DNA of 32,675 nucleotides, taken from the IMG/VR virus record IMGVR_UViG_3300043400_000063, positions 1 through 32,675 of that record. One strand, written 5' to 3'. The stretch comes from a virus. Lineage: Duplodnaviria > Caudoviricetes. The first letter of the stretch is position 1. Every line of letters begins with the position of its first letter. A model generated the notes under the pieces. The model saw nothing but the letters and a program-made list of their open reading frames with translations. It did not search any database and was not told where the DNA came from. Both the position numbers and the translations under genes were made by a program. Positions 25,867 to 32,675 of the stretch are shown here, one piece after another.

Positions 25867-26709
25867 ATGAAACAAAAAGTATTAGCGTTCTTTCAGGCGA
25901 TGCCCGCGGAACCATATGAGCAATTTAATGAGGCTTTTGCCTTGTATCGAAATTCTCCTGCCAAAAATCCTAGTGCAGAGCGTTCTTATAATGCTTCTGG
26001 TTACTCTCCGCATATGCTTGAGAGTTTGTTGTATGATTTGCAAAAAGCTTTTGATATTACCGACACGGAACGCTATACGAAGTTAGAAGTTAGAAGTGAG
26101 AAGGAAGAGGGAGGTCAGAAGTTAGAAGTTAGAAGTGATGGTGAAGTGGAAAATAAGAAGTTAGAGGTTTCAGATAGGGACATCGATGTCCCTCAGTTAA
26201 CTGAATTCCAAAAAGATTTTATTCCTATTCGTGAAGACTTTCCTTTTTTGAACGATAAAGATTGTCCGAATGAATTGAAAATTCTTGTAGCGGATAAAAT
26301 TACGGTTTGGAAAGACTATGAAGCTGCTCAAGAAAAGATTAGACTGATTAATGAAAACAAGCTAGCTTCTCAAGATGGGGAATTGGAGAAACTTGCTAAA
26401 ATCTCTGTAGATTCTTTCGAAGAAAACCAAAGAATCTACGATGAGTTGAACGCTTACAAGAACACTGGATTAGTGTTGGGTGTGCATCCCATTTTCAAGG
26501 AATTGAAAATAGCTAGAGAAGTAGAGGCTATGACCAATGATGAATTGATCAAGTACAAAAATGCTTCGGCTAAATATTTCTCGGTAAACAAAACTGCATT
26601 GGCTAAAGCACAAAAAGAAAATGACACCGCCAAAGTACAGGAAATTGAAAACCGTGTAGCGGAGCGTAGTCAAAAACTGTTTTTGGTAAATAAAAAGTTG
26701 GGGGTGTAA
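25867..26709 (+). CDS. Hypothetical helical protein with internal KLEV(R)S repeats
   Basis: ATG 25867. REDFPFL...CPNELKILVAD motif. GAAGTTA heptamers at 26079-26170. Confidence 0.7.
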   Translation: MKQKVLAFFQAMPAEPYEQFNEAFALYRNSPAKNPSAERSYNASGYSPHMLESLLYDLQKAFDITDTERYTKLEVRSEKEEGGQKLEVRSDGEVENKKLEVSDRDIDVPQLTEFQKDFIPIREDFPFLNDKDCPNELKILVADKITVWKDYEAAQEKIRLINENKLASQDGELEKLAKISVDSFEENQRIYDELNAYKNTGLVLGVHPIFKELKIAREVEAMTNDELIKYKNASAKYFSVNKTALAKAQKENDTAKVQEIENRVAERSQKLFLVNKKLGV

Positions 26710-26770
26710 TCTCCTAACTTCTTAAACAGGGAGACTTCTAGCGAATTGTTTAATATAACATAAAATAATC

Positions 26771-27097
26771 ATGAATAGAGAATATGTAACGTTTGGCGAA
26801 GCTTTGGAAGCTTTGAGAGAAGGAAAAGTGGTTTTTAGAAAAAACTGGGAAGAAACGGGAATGTTTGTTTTTCAACAATTATCTACTTCTGTTAAAAGTA
26901 ATATTGTTCCAAAAATGCAAAGTTTACCAGATAGCGTAAAGGAGGTGTTTCAAAAAAGATTTGACAATCCAGATATGCAAATAAAAGAGATTTACTATGG
27001 TTTGCAATTGTCTTTGGTGAATTCAAGTAATTTAATTGTAACATATATTCCTTCGATTGAGGATTTGTTTTGTGCAGACTGGGTTATTTTAGAATAA
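26771..27097 (+). CDS. DUF2829 / Tad2-like anti-defence sponge protein
   Basis: TFGEALEALREGKVVFRKNW..GMFV and YIPSIEDLFCADWVI. Confidence 0.8.
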   Translation: MNREYVTFGEALEALREGKVVFRKNWEETGMFVFQQLSTSVKSNIVPKMQSLPDSVKEVFQKRFDNPDMQIKEIYYGLQLSLVNSSNLIVTYIPSIEDLFCADWVILE

Positions 27098-27098
27098 T

Positions 27099-27683
27099 AT
27101 GCTATTTGATTACAAGGAAAATACAACTAAACCAGAAACCAAGGCTTTGGATGAGCAATTCACTTCAAAGTACTTGGTTTCGCATTATCAAAAAGTAGTT
27201 TCGCCTGAATATGATATGTTACGATTGCCTACTGCAGAAGAATTTTTCTTTTTGCAAAGTGATATGGCTTTTAATGCATTCACATTTATTCCGCTTGTGG
27301 CTAAGGCGCATCGCATCAAACATTTGTATGCATCGACTTATAGTATTGGTAGAAAAGTGATTGAAGCTCTTTTGGAACTGCACGACAAAGGAATGATTGA
27401 ACAAATCACGCTTTTGATTTCGGACAGTATGATCAAAAGGAATCCATTGGTGATTGACAACTTGATGGCAATGGCAAAATCAAGACCGAATATCAATGTG
27501 CTGTATGCTTGGGTGCACGCAAAAGTTTGCCTAATGCAAATAGAAGATGCACATTATGTTATTGAAGGTTCTGGGAACTGGAGCGAAAACGCCCATTATG
27601 AGCAGTATGTATTTGCGAATTGCAAAGGGTTGTATGATTTCAGATTGCAGTTGTTTACGAATTCAAAGTTGAAGAAGTATTGA
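27099..27683 (+). CDS. Phospholipase D-like (single HxK motif) protein, probable nuclease
   Basis: HAKVCL...VIEGSGNWS...YE. Confidence 0.75.
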   Translation: MLFDYKENTTKPETKALDEQFTSKYLVSHYQKVVSPEYDMLRLPTAEEFFFLQSDMAFNAFTFIPLVAKAHRIKHLYASTYSIGRKVIEALLELHDKGMIEQITLLISDSMIKRNPLVIDNLMAMAKSRPNINVLYAWVHAKVCLMQIEDAHYVIEGSGNWSENAHYEQYVFANCKGLYDFRLQLFTNSKLKKY

Positions 27684-27717
27684 GGGTTTAAGGTTTAAAA
27701 GTTTAAGGTTTAAAGTT
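27684..27717 (+). repeat. Degenerate heptamer repeat (AGGTTTA)
   Basis: gggtttaaggtttaaaagtttaaggtttaaagtt. Confidence 0.7.
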
Positions 27718-27724
27718 GTTGTTT

Positions 27725-27862
27725 ATGATTGGGTATTTATTCATACTGTATTTCGTGTTGGTTTTGTTTGGTTTTGGAATCAAAACAAAAAGAGTTCGCT
27801 TTGGTGGTAGAACTGTGCCGATGCCTCCAGAACATTTAAGACCTAAAAAAAGCATACTATGA
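27725..27862 (+). CDS. Small membrane protein (45 aa, not in ORF track)
   Basis: MIGYLFILYFVLVLFGFG... ATGA overlap with the next ORF. Confidence 0.5.
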   Translation: MIGYLFILYFVLVLFGFGIKTKRVRFGGRTVPMPPEHLRPKKSIL

Positions 27863-28023
27863 AAAAGATTGGTATTGGATTAATGGCTTTGTCCTTTGTT
27901 ATGGGGATTTTGTCGGGGCATTTGCCTCAGGGGTTTCCTATGGAGCCTTTTGTGGCATTGTCCTTTTTTTATTTTTTGTTGGGAATTTATGCTTTAATAC
28001 TGGATAAAGATGAAACTACTTGA
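27859..28023 (+). CDS. Small two-TM protein (54 aa, not in ORF track)
   Basis: MKKIGIGLMALSFVMGIL...FFYFLLGIYALIL. Confidence 0.5.
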   Translation: MKKIGIGLMALSFVMGILSGHLPQGFPMEPFVALSFFYFLLGIYALILDKDETT

Positions 28024-28333
28024 TTATATATTTTCGGAGGAAGAAATGACGGCTATACACGATTTGGCCGCAAACAATTACGCGCCTGAAAAAATTGCTT
28101 TGTATCTCGATGTAGATAAAAAAGGCTTTATGCAGTTGTGGTACGACAAAGAAAGTGCTGTGCGTATGGCTTACAATCGGGGTAAACTGAAAAGCGAATT
28201 TACTATTACCAACAAACAAAAAGAACTGGCAGAAAGTGGCAACATTACTGCAGCTCAAATTTTCCTGAAACAAAAGGAAGAAATGGAGATTGAAAATATT
28301 AGAAACAAAATCTTATTTGGCGATGACTATTAA
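28010..28333 (+). CDS. Small HTH protein, terminase small subunit-like
   Basis: APEKIALYLDV HTH and AESGNITAAQIFLK motif seen in TerS-like proteins. Confidence 0.55.
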   Translation: MKLLDYIFSEEEMTAIHDLAANNYAPEKIALYLDVDKKGFMQLWYDKESAVRMAYNRGKLKSEFTITNKQKELAESGNITAAQIFLKQKEEMEIENIRNKILFGDDY

Positions 28334-28952
28334 TGATATTGCTCTCGAGCACGTATATGATTTTATGGAGAAAGGCAGTTTGAACAACGCGCCTCAGGAA
28401 ATTGTAGACTATTTGCAAATGCTCGACAAAATAAGAGGTATGTTTTTGCGTATCGATACTTTTGGCACAAAGGAATCGATCGTGAAGCATTTGATGCTTG
28501 TGGACAAATTGTCGCGATACAAAGCAATGCAGTTGTGCGATGAAGCGCAAGAATACTTTTATAGTGAATCAAAAATAAGCAAGCAAGCGTGGCGCAATAT
28601 CTACGCAGAGAAAGCCGAAAAAATGGTGCTGTTTGCAATGCAAACAGTAAAGAATCCTACCGATGCCGCCAAAGTGGTAAAGATGCTCCTAGACATGGCA
28701 GAATTGCGAGGCGTGAACCTTCCAGATGTGGAGGAACTGCCTGCAGAAATTTTTCAACCGCCTTGGGTTATTTATTCTGCCGATGCGGAGTTTCTTGGTT
28801 TAGAAACCAAAGCCAATCGAAATGAATTAGCCAAAATGATTGATGCTTTCCCTGAACTTACAGAAAAGCAACGCAATCAAATTAAACGTGAAGCCCAAAT
28901 ATTACCTTTAAAAGTATTTCCAAATGAGCAGGAAGACGGCCGTAAGTCATAA
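28323..28952 (+). CDS. Hypothetical protein upstream of TerL (possible packaging factor)
   Basis: ATG 28323. Helical. Overlaps terL. Confidence 0.6.
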   Translation: MTINDIALEHVYDFMEKGSLNNAPQEIVDYLQMLDKIRGMFLRIDTFGTKESIVKHLMLVDKLSRYKAMQLCDEAQEYFYSESKISKQAWRNIYAEKAEKMVLFAMQTVKNPTDAAKVVKMLLDMAELRGVNLPDVEELPAEIFQPPWVIYSADAEFLGLETKANRNELAKMIDAFPELTEKQRNQIKREAQILPLKVFPNEQEDGRKS

Positions 28953-30624
28953 AGACAAAGATGTTCGTAGCGAGTTTGGCTCGTGGGTAAAGCAACTCAT
29001 TTTTTTGATTGCTCCCAAAGACCTTAGATTGATTGCGGGACGTGCGATGGCAAAAACCTCAGACATTATTGCGGAGCGTTCGCAGCATATTTGTTGGGAT
29101 ATGCCTAGAAGCTATCAGGTATTAGTTTCGGACACGTATATGAACGCGATGAAAAACGTGGTTCCTACCTTGCTCGAGGGTTGGAACCGTAAAGGATGGC
29201 GTGAAGGAATTCATTATGTGACCGACAAACGACCTCCCTCCCACTTTAAACTGCCGTACAAACCTGTAGAGGCTTACAAACATTCGATTTCTATTTATAA
29301 CGGATGCTTTTTCAACTTGGGGTCGCTGGACCAACCAGGAGGATTGGCGGGTGGTTCGTACCAACATATGTATGGTGACGAAGCGCGTTTGTTGAAATTT
29401 GCTAAGCTAAAGAAACTAACGCCTGCTATCCGTGGGGAATACGCTATGTTTGGCGGTTCTGTGTACTACAGAGGCACTACATTTACTACAGATATGCCCA
29501 ACGTGATGGACGGTGACGATGATTGGATTATGCAGGACGAAAAGAATATGGACCTGAACCAAATCAAATTGGCGCTTGAAGTAGGTTTAGTTTTGAATGA
29601 AATCAAAAAGGAAATATTGTCGAACAAACAAGTTGGGAATTACGATGCGATTGAGAAGCTTCAAGGCAACTTAATTCGTTGGACAGAACGCTGGGTTCGC
29701 GTGCGTAAGAACTCGATGTTCTTTTATGTGGTTTCTTCCTTGGTTAACGTGGATATTTTGACCGAAGGCTATTTTGCGGACAGCTTGAAAGCTTTGGGTA
29801 TTGAGGAATTCAAAAGTGCAATTCTTTCTTTGAAAATCAATTTGAAGAAAGGCGAAAAGTTTTATGGCGACCTGGGCGAACATCATTTTTATGATGATGG
29901 TATTTTAGGTTCTTACTACGACAATTTCTCGTTGACGGATGAAATAGAGGAAACGAGTTTGGCGCTGCGCTATCTCGACAAAACCAAAAAGCTAGAGGCT
30001 GGAATGGATTTTGGCGATATGTGTAGTATGATTACGGGTCAAGAGCGGGGAGAATATTTGTACATCCTGAAAGAGTTTCACACATTGGCACCTGAAAACG
30101 AAGTGCAGTTGGGTAAAAAGTTTTGTGCGTTCTACAAACATCATCCGGTTAAGGTTTTGGACTTGTACTATGACCGTTCGGGAAATCAGAACAGCAAAAC
30201 CAAACGCGACTGGGCAAACGCTATCAAACAAGCGATTGAGTACAACAACGGCACAAGAACTGGCTGGGTCGTTAACCTGATGTCTTTGAATCAGGCTACC
30301 ATTTTGCAGGAAGAGGAATTTAACTTTGCAAAGGCGTTATTGGGAGAAACAAGGAAAGGTTTACCAAAAATCAAAATTGACCGTTTCCAGTGCAAACACT
30401 TGAAAAGTTCGTTGGAGCTCACGAAGATTAGAATCAAAACCGATAATAAAGGTTCGAAAACCATTCACAAGGATAAATCTACAGAATCCCTTCCTATTCA
30501 TTTGCGCCCGATGTATTCCACGAACTACAGTGATGCATTTAAATATTTTGTATACCGTAGAAACTTTGTGAAGAAAGTAAACACGTACTCGGATTATCGA
30601 GGTAGTGATCCTAGTGTTATTTAG
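28924..30624 (+). CDS. terL: Terminase large subunit
   Basis: Walker A-like IAGRAMAKT, Walker B MYGDEAR, motif FTTD, RNase H-like AGMDFG and SDAFKY. Confidence 0.85.
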   Translation: MSRKTAVSHKDKDVRSEFGSWVKQLIFLIAPKDLRLIAGRAMAKTSDIIAERSQHICWDMPRSYQVLVSDTYMNAMKNVVPTLLEGWNRKGWREGIHYVTDKRPPSHFKLPYKPVEAYKHSISIYNGCFFNLGSLDQPGGLAGGSYQHMYGDEARLLKFAKLKKLTPAIRGEYAMFGGSVYYRGTTFTTDMPNVMDGDDDWIMQDEKNMDLNQIKLALEVGLVLNEIKKEILSNKQVGNYDAIEKLQGNLIRWTERWVRVRKNSMFFYVVSSLVNVDILTEGYFADSLKALGIEEFKSAILSLKINLKKGEKFYGDLGEHHFYDDGILGSYYDNFSLTDEIEETSLALRYLDKTKKLEAGMDFGDMCSMITGQERGEYLYILKEFHTLAPENEVQLGKKFCAFYKHHPVKVLDLYYDRSGNQNSKTKRDWANAIKQAIEYNNGTRTGWVVNLMSLNQATILQEEEFNFAKALLGETRKGLPKIKIDRFQCKHLKSSLELTKIRIKTDNKGSKTIHKDKSTESLPIHLRPMYSTNYSDAFKYFVYRRNFVKKVNTYSDYRGSDPSVI

Positions 30625-30704
30625 TTTTAGTCTTTATTTCTGGAATCTTCGGAGTTGTAATAAAATATTTTATAAGTTTGAGTAACTATAAAAAAACGGA
30701 ACTT

Positions 30705-30947
30705 ATGGAAGAAAATAAAACTAAAGGTTATGAGCAAATCAGTGAATATATTGCTCCTTATTGGATTACTACAAAAGATGGATTTATTGAAAATCAATTA
30801 GGGTTAAGTATTGAATATTCTGAAGACAAAAAAGAATGGGTTTTGTCTCGGTTTTTAGGAACGTCAATGGATTTGACATATATAAAAATACCGCTTACTA
30901 CAGCTGAAATCAACAGAGTTAAAGATATCATCAGTCGATTTAGGTAA
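30705..30947 (+). CDS. Hypothetical protein (moron-like)
   Basis: ATG 30705. TAAGTTTG -7 element at 30673-30680. Confidence 0.55.
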   Translation: MEENKTKGYEQISEYIAPYWITTKDGFIENQLGLSIEYSEDKKEWVLSRFLGTSMDLTYIKIPLTTAEINRVKDIISRFR

Positions 30948-31020
30948 AAAAAGCTTATCTTTATTAAACAAAATATCGTGTTGAATAGAAAGTATAGCGT
31001 TAACTTATAAGTGAATTATT

Positions 31021-31407
31021 GTGGAGAATTTTAAAATTGAAGAAGATCCAGTTTGGATGGAAGATTTTAATAGAATGAATCATAATGTAAAAAACATTTT
31101 TCCAAATATGGTTAGAAAAACAGATGCTATTGTTTCTGATAGGCTTAATGGAGGCGTAGATAGAAGAAAAGAAGAACTAAATCAATATCTTGAGAAACTA
31201 AACAAGCTAGCTCAAGAAAATAATTTAGCAATTGGATGGGTGCATACTGATAAGCTAAATGTTTATGATTATACAATTTTTGTAAAAGACATTCATAATA
31301 ATAGTTGGGAAGATCGTGTAACTACAGAAACCTTTGATTATAATGCTTTGTATAAAGTTTGGGAATGTATTGAAGAACTTATGATGCTAGTATTAAAAAA
31401 ACGCTAG
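31021..31407 (+). CDS. Hypothetical protein (moron-like)
   Basis: 128 aa, AT-rich, GTG start. Confidence 0.6.
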   Translation: MENFKIEEDPVWMEDFNRMNHNVKNIFPNMVRKTDAIVSDRLNGGVDRRKEELNQYLEKLNKLAQENNLAIGWVHTDKLNVYDYTIFVKDIHNNSWEDRVTTETFDYNALYKVWECIEELMMLVLKKR

Positions 31408-31442
31408 TTTTTCCACAAAAAAAGAGAAAGAAAACCCAACGC

Positions 31443-31497
31443 CGCCCGGAGGGCGGAATTTTTTTTGAACGAAAAAACGCCCTATGTCGGGGCGTTT
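31443..31497. terminator. Pair of hairpin terminators between convergent genes
   Basis: CCGCCC-gga-GGGCGG followed by AA and a T tract; AAAACGCCC-tatgtcg-GGGCGTTTT. Confidence 0.75.
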
Positions 31498-31913
31498 TAT
31501 TGTTTATTGAAACTCTTTAAAACCTCTGAAGCTATCAGGCTTTTTAGTTGCTTGTAGTAGGTGTTTTTCTGCTCCTGTTGCAACAAAAGCGCTTCTATGT
31601 CTTGCAGTGCTTTTAGTTTTTTTTGAGTGCTTAAATCCTCTATTTTGGGGTTTTCTAAAAGTGGGAGTAGTATTTTTTTGTACTCTCGCAAACTCAAAAA
31701 AGGAATCACAGAGCCACGAAGGTAAATTTTTAAGCTGTTGGAGTTGTAGAGCATAAAACAAATTTCGAAGGCGTTTTTTATATCGGTTTGCAGTTCCCAA
31801 CTGTTGGGAATTGGTTTTTTGAGCGGTCGCCCTGCGTGCAGTCCGTGAGATTGGATATAAAAAACGCTTTCCCCTTCCGTTGGTCGGTCGGGGTTGTAGC
31901 GTGTTATTTTCAT
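31497..31913 (-). CDS. Hypothetical protein resembling half of a type I R-M specificity subunit
   Basis: LRGSVIPFLSL...ILLP followed by a coiled coil ending KQLKSLIASEVL. Confidence 0.6.
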   Translation of the reverse strand: MKITRYNPDRPTEGESVFYIQSHGLHAGRPLKKPIPNSWELQTDIKNAFEICFMLYNSNSLKIYLRGSVIPFLSLREYKKILLPLLENPKIEDLSTQKKLKALQDIEALLLQQEQKNTYYKQLKSLIASEVLKSFNKQ

Positions 31914-32362
31914 AATAAACCGTTATCAGCAAAGGAGTAAAAATTTTCGTCCGTGATAATTAGATGGTCAAGTACTGGAATATCTAAAATTTTGCTCGCT
32001 TCCTTTATTTTTCGGGTTACGGCTTTGTCTGCTTCGCTGGGGTGTAGTGTTCCGCTCGGGTGGTTGTGTGCTATGATGATAGCAGTAGACAAACAATTTA
32101 AAGCGGTGGTAAAAATGGTTCGAACGTCTACAACTGTGCCGGTCATGCCTCCGCTCGATAGCTTGTAAAATCCTACTACCTTGTTATTATTGTTAAGGCA
32201 AAGCAAAATGAATTCTTCGCACCAGTCGAACGTGTCCGCATTAAAAACACGTTGAAAAATATGGTAAGCATCTTTTGAAGATGTGATTTTTAATAGTTCT
32301 GATTTTTTCAATTTCTTATCAAATGAAACTGAAATTTTGATTTCTGGGATGTTGTGATTCAT
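31910..32362 (-). CDS. radC: RadC-like JAB domain protein
   Basis: EEFILLCLN, GGMTGTVVDVR, AHNHPSG...PSEAD, VLDHLII, YSFAD. Confidence 0.92.
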   Translation of the reverse strand: MNHNIPEIKISVSFDKKLKKSELLKITSSKDAYHIFQRVFNADTFDWCEEFILLCLNNNNKVVGFYKLSSGGMTGTVVDVRTIFTTALNCLSTAIIIAHNHPSGTLHPSEADKAVTRKIKEASKILDIPVLDHLIITDENFYSFADNGLL

Positions 32363-32372
32363 GGCGTATAGA

Positions 32373-32603
32373 TTAAAAAATGTATTCTTGAAAGTCGCTT
32401 GTGTTGCTGCTTAGATTGTCGTTTATAAATAGTTCGGCTATGGCTTGCGCTTTGTTGAATGCTTTTTTAACCTGTGCTTTGTAGTACTTGTAATCTTGAT
32501 AGTTGAAAATGGCGGAATATCCGCGGGCGTGTAGTGTTTCTTTTACTTGTTCGGACAATTTAAAAGATGTATTTTTGTGGCTTGTAGATTGTATGTGCGT
32601 CAT
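32373..32603 (-). CDS. Hypothetical protein
   Basis: 76 aa, first gene of the minus-strand radC operon. Confidence 0.65.
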   Translation of the reverse strand: MTHIQSTSHKNTSFKLSEQVKETLHARGYSAIFNYQDYKYYKAQVKKAFNKAQAIAELFINDNLSSNTSDFQEYIF

Positions 32604-32628
32604 GGCGTGTATAATTTATTTGATTGTT

Positions 32629-32664
32629 AACCCCTCTAAACTTCGACCCTTAGAGGGGTTTTTT
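32629..32664. other. Hairpin in the leader of the radC operon (or a plus-strand terminator)
   Basis: AACCCCTCTAA-acttcgaccc-TTAGAGGGGTT plus T tract. Confidence 0.6.
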
Positions 32665-32675
32665 AATGCTTACAA

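Noticed and set aside
7218-32168. Many antisense or nested ORFs in the track (e.g. 9481-9954, 15130-15471, 24193-24675, 24777-25220, 31504-31932)
   Set aside because: They overlap well-supported genes or the repeat region, have no motifs, and look like shadow frames

Overview
The whole window is part of a temperate, probably siphovirus-like phage of Bacteroidota, most likely a Flavobacterium phage. Support for the host: AT-rich DNA, TAnnTTTG promoters, no Shine-Dalgarno sites, and a tRNA-Arg-like att core. The order is: end of tail module (1-4181); tyrosine integrase, attP-like site and repressor (4173-5840); early/replication operon with a primase-helicase (5944-12822); a small cassette array carrying two DNA methyltransferases (12830-14665); a symmetric origin-like region (15350-15605); tail fibre, lysis, head and tail-tube genes; a Tad2-like gene, a PLD-like gene and terminase; and an oppositely oriented RadC/JAB module. 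Phage genes flank the att core on both sides, so this is probably the excised (attP) form. The most notable feature is an integron-like array with no IntI: two ~130-bp covarying hairpin sites, cassettes with complementary ends sharing a bulged base, and a small HTH-like gene where intI would normally sit. All protein calls are from motifs and context read by eye; no searches were run.
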